From Myxococcota bacterium (lineage in GTDB: Bacteria; Myxococcota_A; UBA9160; UBA6930), in NCBI GenBank assembly GCA_965223415.1, contig OZ245002.1, forward strand, positions 4,768,001 through 4,832,000: a stretch of DNA of 64,000 nt. Reading direction: 5' to 3'. Below, in pieces: positions 9,855 to 19,207 of the stretch. Numbering within the stretch: the stretch's first letter is position 1; each line of letters starts with the position of its first letter. A program made the position numbers and the translations under genes. The notes below the pieces were generated by a model that was not told where the DNA came from, did not search any database, and worked only from the letters and a program-made list of their open reading frames with translations.

Positions 9855-10312
9855 GGGGAACGTGCCGCGCAGCGGCTCAACAGGAGGTGCGCAAATCTAC
9901 GTGTCCTCTTAGCCCTCGAATATCACGTCCTGCGACAAGGCTCTCGACGAGCAGATCGAGCGCGCAGTCGACCTCGCGGTCCGAAGTGGCGGCGTCGAGG
10001 CCGTGGGGCGCAAGCTGAGGAAGCTGGAGGCGGAGCGAGAGAGGCTCGCCGTCCAGCAGGCACAGGCGCCGCCGGCGCTCGACCTTGGCGCACTCCGAAG
10101 CCGCGCGCTGGAACTCGCGGCCGACCTTCGGGCCACGTTCGCGCTGGCACCCGACGAGACGCGCAGTGCGCTGCGGATGCTCGTCGGAGATGACCGAATC
10201 CGCGTGTCCCCCGACCCTGATCGCGGTTTCCGCGTCGAAGGGGTCGTGGGGCTTCCCTGGGGACCCCCGAGGCCACTGGCCGGGGCCGAAGCCCCGGCGC
10301 AGTGGCGTCAGG

Positions 10313-10386
10313 TAGCGGGGACAGGATTCGAACCTGCGACCTGCGGGTTATGAGCCCGCCGAGCTACCAGACTGCTCCACCCCGCA
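10313..10386 (-). tRNA. initiator tRNA-Met (CAT)
   Basis: TGCGGGGTGGAGCAGTCTGGTAGCTCGGCGGGCTCATAACCCGCAGGTCGCAGGTTCGAATCCTGTCCCCGCTA; GGG/CCC anticodon stem and unpaired 1:72; followed by CCT, not CCA. Confidence 0.97.
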
Positions 10387-10559
10387 ACAGATCTGGGAGA
10401 AGCAGCTTAGACGTGGTTTCTCGGGGCGTCAAACCGTGAAGCTGCGCATCGGATGCCTCGAAGCTGCTTGCGAGAAGGGGTTCCAAGCATTCGAAAGGGT
10501 GACACTTTTTGTCACTTCCGAGGCACTCTCCCAGTGCCTACCTGCGAGGAGAGCTGGAT

Positions 10560-11186
10560 ATGCAGAGCAGAACGCATTGGATTGGTGTCGTGGTGGGGTT
10601 GGGCCTGGCGGTGCTCGTGGCGACGCCGGCGATGGCGGGCAAGGCCTATCGCTACAGCGCCCCGGACGGAAGCTTGGCCTTCACCGACGACCTGGAGCGG
10701 ATCCCCGAGGCCCTGCGCCGCAGCGCCGAGGTGATCGATACCACGCCGCTCCGCGGCTACGGACGGCTCTCGCCGAGCCACGCCGACGAGAGCGCCGAGC
10801 GCATCGCCCGGCTGCGCGAGAACACGGACCGTCTGCGCAAGCTGGCGGACGAGGCGGCCCAGGAGCAGGCGCTCCTGGCCGCAGCGCGCAACGGCCACGG
10901 CCTCGCGCCCCCGGCGGCGAGCGGCCACCTCGCGGCGGCCGGCGGCTACCAGGCCACGGTCGAGGTGAACGGCGCCACGATCCGGCTTCCCGCCGCGGGC
11001 GGCGGCGAAGGTCCGATCGTGGTCGAGCAGGTCCGGGCCATTCGGAAGGGCAAGAACATCACCCAGGAGTCCACCGTGGTCCGCCAGGGCGACGAGATCC
11101 TGATGGTGGTGTTCCCCGATCCGCACACCCAGACGAACTTCAACGACTTCGTCCGCGAGGAAGACATCCTCGAGGGTCGACGCTAG
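10560..11186 (+). CDS. DUF4124-like secreted protein
   Basis: Signal peptide then YRYSAPDGSLAFTDD..IP motif; GGAGA RBS. Confidence 0.75.
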   Translation: MQSRTHWIGVVVGLGLAVLVATPAMAGKAYRYSAPDGSLAFTDDLERIPEALRRSAEVIDTTPLRGYGRLSPSHADESAERIARLRENTDRLRKLADEAAQEQALLAAARNGHGLAPPAASGHLAAAGGYQATVEVNGATIRLPAAGGGEGPIVVEQVRAIRKGKNITQESTVVRQGDEILMVVFPDPHTQTNFNDFVREEDILEGRR

Positions 11187-11264
11187 GGGCTCTCGGGGCC
11201 CGGGCAGCGCAGAATCGAGCCGGGCGCGGGATCTCGTCTCCGCGTCCGGCTCGCCGTTCCGCGA

Positions 11265-12029
11265 TCAGCTCGCTCCCATGGGCGACGTCTCGGAACGGGA
11301 GCTGTCGGAGGCCCAGCGCTCGTGCACATAGCCTTCGAGGGCGTTCAGGGTCGATCCGTCCAGGTCGACGAACCGCATGCCCAGCCCCGGGGCGCCGCGG
11401 TCGGATCGGAGCTGCCGCCACACGGTCGTGGCGGTGGGACGCAGGGCGAGATCCTGCTCGGGCAGGGTGAACGCGATCGTCACCTCCGTGCCCTCCGGCG
11501 GGAACCACTCGGCCTGCACGAAGACGCCGCCCCGCGAGAGGTTCGAGATGCGTCCCTCGACGCTGCGCTCCGGTCCCTCCAGGCGGGCAGGCGCATCCAC
11601 CTCGATGCGCGGGAGGCCGCGGGGCCCTCCGGGCTCGAGCATCCGCGACACCGCGCCGACCAGGGACCTGCGCGAGAGCGGCTTGCTGATCACGTCGCTG
11701 GCGCCGGCGCGCACCGCCAGCGCGTGCTCCTCCGGGTCACCGGAGGAGACGAGGACCACGGGCAGTGTCGGATCGTGGGCGCGTTCGCGCAGCCTTCCGC
11801 ACAGAACGTCGCCGGTGATGTCGGGCAGGCGGAAGTCGACCACGGCCACGTCGATGGGCGTGGTCGCCATCACGTCGAGGGCCTCGGCGCCGCTGCGAGC
11901 GGCTCGCACGCGGCCGAACGGCGCCAGGAAGAGCGACTCGAGCTCGACGAACATGGGCACGTCGTCGACCACCAGGATGCGCGGCATCTCGGCAGGAGCG
12001 GCCTCCTGTCGGACCGGCTCGGCGCTCAC
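11265..12029 (-). CDS. response regulator, receiver + PilZ domain
   Basis: ILVVDD..DFRLPD..KP receiver; RGLPR and NLSRGG PilZ motifs. Confidence 0.9.
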   Translation of the reverse strand: MSAEPVRQEAAPAEMPRILVVDDVPMFVELESLFLAPFGRVRAARSGAEALDVMATTPIDVAVVDFRLPDITGDVLCGRLRERAHDPTLPVVLVSSGDPEEHALAVRAGASDVISKPLSRRSLVGAVSRMLEPGGPRGLPRIEVDAPARLEGPERSVEGRISNLSRGGVFVQAEWFPPEGTEVTIAFTLPEQDLALRPTATTVWRQLRSDRGAPGLGMRFVDLDGSTLNALEGYVHERWASDSSRSETSPMGAS

Positions 12030-12475
12030 CGGGTGGCCACCCCCAACGCCTTGCGGAGCCGTCCCACCTCCAGGGACACCATCCAGACCGCCGCCTCGAC
12101 GTCGAAGGTCCAGTCCTGCTCGATGTCGATGGTGCGCTCGATCGGCGAGCTCATGGAGTAGCCGCGGAAGCGCACGAGGATCTTGGCGTGGTTCTCGTCG
12201 ATGGTCTCGACACTGAGCGTCTCGTAGTCGGTGAGGCGCAGGTCGGTGAGGTTCGGGGCCAGGGTCTCGAACTCCGCCCGCTGCTCGGGCACGACGAACT
12301 GGGCCGCCTTCTCGATCACGCCCCAGCGCAGGTACTGGGTGAACTCGCGCTGGGTGTCCTTCAGGCGGTCGCGGGCCTGGTAGGGATCGTTCAGGTCGAT
12401 GGCGCAGCCCCCGAGCAGGGCAAGCAGGGCGAGGCCGGCCGCGACCGGTGCGCAGCGCTGGACGAAGCTTCTCAT
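12026..12475 (-). CDS. lipoprotein, unknown function
   Basis: Lipobox LLGGC after hydrophobic stretch. Confidence 0.75.
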   Translation of the reverse strand: MRSFVQRCAPVAAGLALLALLGGCAIDLNDPYQARDRLKDTQREFTQYLRWGVIEKAAQFVVPEQRAEFETLAPNLTDLRLTDYETLSVETIDENHAKILVRFRGYSMSSPIERTIDIEQDWTFDVEAAVWMVSLEVGRLRKALGVATR

Positions 12476-12634
12476 GGTTCCCCCGGGCGCGGCCCGTTTG
12501 TGGCGCAGATCACGCCGCATGCTGTGGACCGCATTGCCGTTTTTCCGATCGGCGCTGCCGGATGGGAACTTGAGGAGCCATCCCCGGCGGCCCCGGCTCC
12601 CGGAACGGGGGGCCTTCGCTAGCCTGCGGCTCCT

Positions 12635-13636
12635 ATGGGAGGGGCGCTGCTCGCAGGGGTGGACATCGGCGGCACGAAGACCGCCTTCGCCCTGGCCGAG
12701 GCCCCGGCGGAAGCGGCGCAGGTGCCCGCCGGAGGGGAGGGCGCGCCGGCCACCCAGCTCCTCGCGAGCGCGCGCCGCCCGAGCGAGCCCACGGAGGATC
12801 CGGTCGCGGATCTTCGCCGGATGACCGACGACGTCCGCCGGCTCCTGGCCGAGGCCGGGGCCGCGCCGGGAGACCTGGCCGGGGTCGGCGTCTCGGTCGC
12901 TGGGCCCATCGACGTGGAGGCGGGTCTGGTCCTGCAGCCGCCGAACCTCCCGCACTGGGATCGGGCGCCGGTACGGGACGTCCTCCAGGCGGAGCTCGGC
13001 TGTGCGGTGCGGCTCGACAACGACGCCAACGCCGCCGCCCTCGCCGAGTGGCGCTACGGCGCCGGGCGGGGCACCCGCCACATGATCTACCTGACCATGT
13101 CGACGGGCGTCGGCGGCGGCCTCGTGCTCGGCGGCCGCATCCATCGCGGCGTGGCCTGCAGCGCGGGCGAGATCGGGCACATCCCCATCGAGTGGGAGGG
13201 CCTGACGTGCCACTGCGGCATGCGGGGCTGCCTGGAGGCCTACATCGGCGGAGCAGCCTGGGCCGAGCGCCTGGCGCGCATTACCCCGGCCGCGAGCCGG
13301 GTCGCCGCCCTCACCCGGGCCGGAGACACGCCGCGGCCGGAGCAGGTGGTCGAGGCGGCACGGGAGGGCGACGCCTTCGCGCTGGCGGAGATGGCGCGCT
13401 TCAACGACTACCTGGCCCGGGGCCTGGTCCACCTGGCCTTCACGCTGGCTCCCGAGTGCATCGTGCTGGGCACGATCGTCACGGCGGCGGGCGAGGCACT
13501 GTGCCTGGCCCCGGTTCGCGAGCAGGTCCGCGCCCGCACCTGGCCCGGGGTCCGCGACGTGCTGCGGATCGTCCCCAGCGCCCTCGGCGGGGAGCTTCCC
13601 TACTACGCCGGCCTGGCCGTGGCCCAGGCGGACTGA
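12635..13636 (+). CDS. ROK-family sugar kinase
   Basis: GVDIGGTK, NDANAAALAE, GEIGH, CHCGMRGCLE. Confidence 0.95.
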   Translation: MGGALLAGVDIGGTKTAFALAEAPAEAAQVPAGGEGAPATQLLASARRPSEPTEDPVADLRRMTDDVRRLLAEAGAAPGDLAGVGVSVAGPIDVEAGLVLQPPNLPHWDRAPVRDVLQAELGCAVRLDNDANAAALAEWRYGAGRGTRHMIYLTMSTGVGGGLVLGGRIHRGVACSAGEIGHIPIEWEGLTCHCGMRGCLEAYIGGAAWAERLARITPAASRVAALTRAGDTPRPEQVVEAAREGDAFALAEMARFNDYLARGLVHLAFTLAPECIVLGTIVTAAGEALCLAPVREQVRARTWPGVRDVLRIVPSALGGELPYYAGLAVAQAD

Positions 13637-13642
13637 CTCCGC

Positions 13643-15328
13643 TCACTCCCGGACGTCACTACCCTCGGCGCCGCGGGCGAGGGCCACGGCTTCCGTGTAC
13701 AGGCGGTCGAGCTGCTCCTGCAGCGTGCGGGTCCCGGCGCCGCGCTTGCGGGCGATCTCGAGGATCTGGCCGACCGCACTCGACATCGAATCGCTGGCGG
13801 TGCCGTGCCCCTCGGTGTTGCGCTGGATCGAGCGGATCATCTCGCCGATGGCGCTGATGCTCTCGGTGATGAAGCGGCCGCTCTCCCGCTGCTCCTCGGT
13901 GGAGCGGTGCACCTGGCGGCAGAGCTCGAGGGACTCCTCCGCGTTGCGCAGCAGGGTCTCGCCCCCGCCGGACTGCTCGGCCATGGCGGTGGAGATCTGC
14001 TGCACCATCGACGAGGTCCGCTGCACGGCCTCGGTGACGTGCTTCGAGTTGCGGCTCTGCTCGGTCGTCGCCCGGGCGATCTCGGCGACGCGGGAGCTGG
14101 CGTCCCGAGCGGTCTCGCGAATCCGGGCCAGCTCCTCGCCCGCCTTCCGCGAGCGCTCGACGCCCGTCTCCACCGAGTCGATGCCCGCGGCCATGGCGTC
14201 CATGGCGTTACCGGACTCATCCTGCACCGCCTTGATCAACCCCTCGATCTCCTTCGTGCTCGAAGCGGTGCGCTGGGCGAGGGTCTTTACGTGATTGGCC
14301 ACGACGGCGAAGGCCTTGCCCTGCTCGCCGGCCTGGGCGGCGATGATCGCCGCGTTCAGCGAGAGCAGGTTGGTCTCGTCGTTGATGCCACCGATCACGT
14401 TCACGATCTCGCCGATCTCGGCGATGCGCGAGGCGAGCCGCTCGAGCACCGCCTTCGCCTCCTGGGTCTGGTGGCGGATCTCCGCGATGCCGTCGATCGT
14501 GGCGGAAACCGCCGTGCTGCCTTCCTGGGCGCCGGTGCTGACGCGGTCGGTCAGCTCCGCGGCGTCGGCGACGTGGGTCGTCACCTCCTGGATGGCGCGA
14601 TCCATCTGCACCATCGCCGCCGCGGACTCCTCGGCCATGGACTGCACCGAGTCCGCGCTGTCGGCCACCTGCCGCATGCTCGCGCTGATCTGGTGGACGC
14701 CCGTGGTCGAAGCCTCGGCCGCCTGGTGCAGGGAGCCGGCGATGCGCGCCACCTCCTCGTTGGCGCTCCCCATCTCGAGGATCGAGGCCGACGCCTCCTC
14801 GGCGGAGCGCGAGAGGCTCTCCACCTCGGCGTTGATGCTGCGGATCGAGGAATTGATGTGGGCCAGCAGGGACGCGGTCTCCTCCACCGACTCCTCGATC
14901 TCGGCGCCGCTCTCCTCCACCTCGCGGTTGCTCTCGGCGATCTGCTCCGGCAGCACCTCGAGATCCCGCAGGAAGCTCGAGACCGAGGCGTCCAGGGTGC
15001 GCTGGTGCTCGATCAGGCGCTCCAGGGCAGGGCCGAACTCGCCGATCCGTGCGAGCTCGCTCGCCTCTACGGCGCCCACGCCGTGCTCGGCCAGGCGCGA
15101 CACCAGCTCGAGGGCCTCGGCGCGAGTCCGCCGCTCCGACGCGCCGGCCCGATCGACGAGCCAGCCGGCCCCGAGGGCCCCGGCGCCGATCCCGAGCGCG
15201 CCGATCCATCCGGGCAGCCCAACGCTGCACAGGGCGAGGCCGAGGGCGCCCACGCCGCCGGCTGCGAGGGCAGGCACCAGCATCGTCGGCCGGAGCACTG
15301 CGGAAGGGTCGCGTCGGGATCGGGACAT
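13643..15328 (-). CDS. methyl-accepting chemotaxis protein
   Basis: ETNLLSLNAAIIAAQAGEQGKAFAVVA hairpin; N-terminal TM hairpin with little periplasmic domain. Confidence 0.93.
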   Translation of the reverse strand: MSRSRRDPSAVLRPTMLVPALAAGGVGALGLALCSVGLPGWIGALGIGAGALGAGWLVDRAGASERRTRAEALELVSRLAEHGVGAVEASELARIGEFGPALERLIEHQRTLDASVSSFLRDLEVLPEQIAESNREVEESGAEIEESVEETASLLAHINSSIRSINAEVESLSRSAEEASASILEMGSANEEVARIAGSLHQAAEASTTGVHQISASMRQVADSADSVQSMAEESAAAMVQMDRAIQEVTTHVADAAELTDRVSTGAQEGSTAVSATIDGIAEIRHQTQEAKAVLERLASRIAEIGEIVNVIGGINDETNLLSLNAAIIAAQAGEQGKAFAVVANHVKTLAQRTASSTKEIEGLIKAVQDESGNAMDAMAAGIDSVETGVERSRKAGEELARIRETARDASSRVAEIARATTEQSRNSKHVTEAVQRTSSMVQQISTAMAEQSGGGETLLRNAEESLELCRQVHRSTEEQRESGRFITESISAIGEMIRSIQRNTEGHGTASDSMSSAVGQILEIARKRGAGTRTLQEQLDRLYTEAVALARGAEGSDVRE

Positions 15329-15490
15329 GAGCGGCCGGTCGCCTCCTCGGGCCGGGATCGGCGGGCCCGCTCCAGGACTTGAGGAAAGCCACGCGATCCC
15401 GAGACCTTGGAAGCAACCGCCGCGGCTGGCCGTACGGCCGGGCAGAGGGCCGCCCCGGAGCTGGCTCGGGCCGAGCGCCTCCGCTCCGCC

Positions 15491-16609
15491 TCAGCCCAGC
15501 CGCACCTCCGCGAGGGCGGCCACCTCGTCCCGCAGGGCCGGGAAGCCGCCGGCGGCGATCGCCTCGCGAGCCCGCTCCATCAGGTGGAGGGTGAAGCGCA
15601 GGTTGTGCAGGCTGGCGAGCCGCGCACCGAGGCTCTCGCCGGTCTGGAGCAGGTGGCGCAGGAAGGCCCGGCTGTGACGGGCACAGACCGGGCAGTCGCA
15701 GGCCGGGTCCGGCGGGCGGTCGTCCCGAGCGAAGCGGGCATTGCGCACCACGATCTGGCCCTCGCTGGTGAAGAGCAGCCCGTGCCGGGCGTGCCGGGTG
15801 GGCACGACACAGTCGAAGAGGTCGACGCCGCACTCGATCGCCCGCACCAGGTCTTCGGGCTTGCCGAGACCCATCAGGTAGCGGGGGCGTTCCTCGGGCA
15901 GCTGCCCGTGGGCCTCGCAGATCGCGGCCCGCCGGGCTTCCGCGGCCTCGCCGAGGCCAAGGCCTCCATGGGCATAGCCGTCGAAGCCCAGGGCGGCGGT
16001 CTCCTTCGCGCTCTCCCGGCGCAGGCCCAGCTCGACGCCGCCCTGCACGATGCCGAAGAGCGCCTGATCCTCGCGTCGATGCGCGCGCCGAGCCCGCTCC
16101 GCCCAGCGCAGGCTGCGCGCTTGGGCGGCGCTCGCCCGCGCCCGATCGTCCACCGCCTCCGGCAGGCACTCGTCGAGCACCATGGCCACATCCGAGCCCA
16201 ACGCCTCCTGGATCGCAACGACACTCTCCGGTGTCAGAAGGCGACGGGAGCCGTCCAGCGCCGAGGAGAAGGTCACGCCGTCCTCGTCCACCCGAACGCG
16301 ATCGGCCAGGGACGTGATCTGGAAGCCGCCGCTGTCGGTGAGCCAGGGCCCGCGCCAGCCCGTGAATCCGTGGAGTCCGCCGAGCTGCTCGATCACCTCT
16401 TCGCCGGGCCGCTCGTGGAGGTGATAGGTGTTCGCCAGGGCGATCTGGGCGCCGAGTGCCTCCAGGTCGCCGGCATCGACGCCGCGCACCGCGCCGTAGG
16501 TGGCGACGGGCATGAAGGCGGGCGTCTCGACGACGCCGTGGGGCGTGGCGAGGCGGCCCGTGCGGGCGTCGCCCTCTCGGGCGGAGATCTCGAAGAGGAG
16601 CGGATTCAC
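15491..16609 (-). CDS. tgt: tRNA-guanine transglycosylase
   Basis: TPAFMPVAT, LTDSGGFQ, FDCVVPTR, CDCPVC, HNL. Confidence 0.97.
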   Translation of the reverse strand: MNPLLFEISAREGDARTGRLATPHGVVETPAFMPVATYGAVRGVDAGDLEALGAQIALANTYHLHERPGEEVIEQLGGLHGFTGWRGPWLTDSGGFQITSLADRVRVDEDGVTFSSALDGSRRLLTPESVVAIQEALGSDVAMVLDECLPEAVDDRARASAAQARSLRWAERARRAHRREDQALFGIVQGGVELGLRRESAKETAALGFDGYAHGGLGLGEAAEARRAAICEAHGQLPEERPRYLMGLGKPEDLVRAIECGVDLFDCVVPTRHARHGLLFTSEGQIVVRNARFARDDRPPDPACDCPVCARHSRAFLRHLLQTGESLGARLASLHNLRFTLHLMERAREAIAAGGFPALRDEVAALAEVRLG

Positions 16610-17643
16610 GTGATCAACATGGCGTCGCCGTAAGAGTAGAAGCGGTAGCCCGCCGTGATGGCCTTCCGGTAGCTCCGCAACACGAGATCGGTCCCGGCGA
16701 AGGCGGCCACCAGCATCAGCAGCGAAGAGCGGGGAAGATGGAAGTTCGTGAGCAGTCCGTCCACGACCCGGAAGCGGGAGCCCGGACGCAGGAAGAGCGT
16801 GGTCTCGCCCCGCCCGGGGGCGACGCCGCCGCCTTCGCTCCCGCGGCTCTCGAGCACCCGACAGGTCGTGGTGCCGACCGCGATCACCCGTCCCCCCGCA
16901 CGGCGGGTCGCGTCGATGGCGGCGGCGGTGGAGGCCGGCAGCTCGAAGGGCTCGGCGTGGAGGGCGCCGGTGGCGAGGGCCTCGTCGCTCACGGGCCGGA
17001 ACGTGCCCGGGCCGACGTGCAGCACGACCTCCGCCCAGCCGATATCCGCCGCCGCCAGCCGCGCGAGCAGGGTGCGGGTGAAGTGGAGGCCGGCGGTAGG
17101 CGCCGCCACCGAGCCCGGCGCGCGGGCGTAGACCGTCTGGTACCGCTCCGCATCCTGCGCGTCGGCCTCCGCCCGGTCGATGTAGGGCGGGAGCGGCATC
17201 TCCCCGAGGACGGTCGGAGGTTGGCCGGGCGGGAGGTCGAAGGCCAGCTCCACCTCGCCGCCTTCGCCGAGGCGCGAGACCCGAGCGCGGACCTCCCGCC
17301 CGTCCCGCTCGAAGACGAGCTCGAGCGCCTCCCGAAGCCGGCCCGAGCAGCGCAGCAGCGCCCGCTGGCCTCCGGCCGGGGCCGCGCCCAGCAGGAGAGC
17401 CTCTACCGCGCCCCCGCTGGCCTTGCGGCCCCGCAGGCGCGCCGAGAGCACCCGGGTGGCGTTGGCGACGAGCAGGTCGCCGGGACGCAGCCACTCCGGA
17501 AGGTCGGCCACGTGCCCGTGGCGCAGGGCGCCGGTGGCGCGCTCGAGCCCCAACAGCCGGGCGGCGTCCCGCGGCTCGGCCGGCGCCTGGGCGATACGCT
17601 CCGCCGGTAGCTCGAAGTCGAGCTCATCCAGGCGGGAGCCCAT
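16606..17643 (-). CDS. queA: SAM:tRNA ribosyltransferase-isomerase
   Basis: PLPPYI, SVAAPTAGLHFT, TNFHLP, YRFYSYGDAM. Confidence 0.97.
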   Translation of the reverse strand: MGSRLDELDFELPAERIAQAPAEPRDAARLLGLERATGALRHGHVADLPEWLRPGDLLVANATRVLSARLRGRKASGGAVEALLLGAAPAGGQRALLRCSGRLREALELVFERDGREVRARVSRLGEGGEVELAFDLPPGQPPTVLGEMPLPPYIDRAEADAQDAERYQTVYARAPGSVAAPTAGLHFTRTLLARLAAADIGWAEVVLHVGPGTFRPVSDEALATGALHAEPFELPASTAAAIDATRRAGGRVIAVGTTTCRVLESRGSEGGGVAPGRGETTLFLRPGSRFRVVDGLLTNFHLPRSSLLMLVAAFAGTDLVLRSYRKAITAGYRFYSYGDAMLIT

Positions 17644-19030
17644 CTCCGTCTCCCTCAGCCGGCGGCTCCGTCGCAGGGGGCCTCGGGCCCGGGGCCTCCG
17701 GTCCTGCTTCCGCGGGAGCGGGCTCCGGCGCCGGGGGGCCCGGCGCGGCGGGCGCCACCGGCTCCGGCGCGCTCGGCTGGGAGAGGGCGTGGAGCAGGGC
17801 GGGCGTCTCGCGGATCGAGTCCCAGGAGAAGAGCGCCGAGCCGAGGCCTTCGGTCGCCTCCACCCGGCGAAGCTGGGCCAGGGCCAGCTCGGGCTGCCCG
17901 GCGAAGAGCCAGGAGCCGAGACCGACCCAGAGCTCCCGGCCCCGCGCCAAGCCCGACAGCGCCTCGACGCCGTGGCGGAGCAGGGTGGCGTCGCGGGTGT
18001 AGAGCATCGGTACCGCGAAGTCGATCAGGCCGGTGTCGAGCCAGCCGGCCCAGTCCTGGAAGTCGACGAGGTAGGCGCGCTCCCGGTCGGCGATGACCGC
18101 CGCCGAGATCCGCAGGCCGGGCTTCGCGGCCCGCGCCGCGTCGCGAATCTCGCGTACCAGCTCGGCCAGCTTCTCGCGCCGCCAGTCGTCCCAGCGGTTC
18201 GCGTTGCGCAGGCTCGTGCCGAAGGGCGCGGCGAGACCGGTCTCCCGCTGGAAGCGGAGACGCGAGGCCTCGCCGAAGCCGAAGGAGAGACCGACGCCGA
18301 AGCGCGTCCCCGGCGAGTACGGCAGTACGTCCGGATAGCGGATGTAGTCCAGGTGCAGGCCGTCGAGGGCGGGGTAGCCGGCGATCAGCTCGGCCAGGGT
18401 CGCGGCCAGGCGCTCCGCGACGCCGCGGGCGGCCGGGTCGAGCCACACGGCGGGCGTTCCCATGCGGTAGTAGCGCCGGTCGGGCTCCGGTACCTCGAAG
18501 GCCGGATAGTCGAGGATCGAGCGGCCGTGGGCGTCGACCGCGACCGCGTCGCGGCCGAGATCGCGAAGGATCGGCACATCGGCGTGGGACGCGAGCGAGA
18601 GCACGTTGACCCAGGCGTGCACCCGCAGGCCGCGGGTGTGGGCCCGGGCGATCAGCACCTGGAGGGCGTCGCGCTCGCCCTCCCGAAAGGTCTTCGCGTA
18701 GGGGGTCGGATCGGCCAGGGTCGAGGCGAACCAGGCGCGCCCGCCCCGATAGACCTGCACGAAGAGGTCGCTGGCGCCGAGGGCCTCGGCGTCGTCGAGC
18801 AGCTGGTCGACGCGTTCGGGATGCTCGAGGACCCGTTGGGAGCCCTCGCAGAGCACCCACAGCCCGCGCGGCTCGGCCGCCGCCGAGAGCGCATTCATCA
18901 GCACCGCGAGGGCCAGAAGCCCCCTCGCGCGGCCCGCCTGGGCACGCGCCGGAGGCCGCCCGGCCGCGCTCAGGCGGCGCGGGGCGTGCCGCAGCGGGGC
19001 GCAGAGGATTCCGAACAAGGGGGCACGCAA
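17624..19030 (-). CDS. GHL10/YddW-like glycoside hydrolase (start uncertain)
   Basis: RGLWV, VHAWVN, WLDPA, DGLHLDYIRYP, QDW, PMLY. Confidence 0.88.
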   Translation of the reverse strand: MRAPLFGILCAPLRHAPRRLSAAGRPPARAQAGRARGLLALAVLMNALSAAAEPRGLWVLCEGSQRVLEHPERVDQLLDDAEALGASDLFVQVYRGGRAWFASTLADPTPYAKTFREGERDALQVLIARAHTRGLRVHAWVNVLSLASHADVPILRDLGRDAVAVDAHGRSILDYPAFEVPEPDRRYYRMGTPAVWLDPAARGVAERLAATLAELIAGYPALDGLHLDYIRYPDVLPYSPGTRFGVGLSFGFGEASRLRFQRETGLAAPFGTSLRNANRWDDWRREKLAELVREIRDAARAAKPGLRISAAVIADRERAYLVDFQDWAGWLDTGLIDFAVPMLYTRDATLLRHGVEALSGLARGRELWVGLGSWLFAGQPELALAQLRRVEATEGLGSALFSWDSIRETPALLHALSQPSAPEPVAPAAPGPPAPEPAPAEAGPEAPGPRPPATEPPAEGDGDGLPPG

Positions 19031-19096
19031 CGTCGTCGGAACCTACCGGAGGCTCGCCGTCATGACACCCGCATCGCCGCCCTGCGGCCCCGCTCC

Positions 19097-19162
19097 ATGG
19101 ACATCTGCCGAGCCCGGTGGCCCGCTCCAATGGACATCTGCCGAGCCCGGTGGCGCGCTCCA
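19097..19162. repeat. 33-bp tandem duplication in a divergent intergenic region
   Basis: ATGGACATCTGCCGAGCCCGGTGGC(C/G)CGCTCCA x2, followed by TTGACA. Confidence 0.85.
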
Positions 19163-19207
19163 TTGACACGGGCCGACCTCGCTTCACACTGCCGGGACGG
19201 GGGTCAC

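Larger units (their letters stand above)
7636..9937 (-). mobile_element. IS21-family element B, copy 1 (2302 bp)
   Basis: TGTCG...CGACA termini; 5-bp target duplication AGGCT (7631-7635, 9938-9942). Confidence 0.97.
7264..10353 (+). pseudogene. large serine recombinase remnant (Zn-ribbon and coiled-coil C-terminus), interrupted by IS21-B
   Basis: WEAAQAR...YLLSGLLACGLCGG...FGC motif; removing the IS restores ERLKA-LDEQIERAV in frame; ends reading antisense into the tRNA (VAGTGFEPATCGL); catalytic domain absent. Confidence 0.85.
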
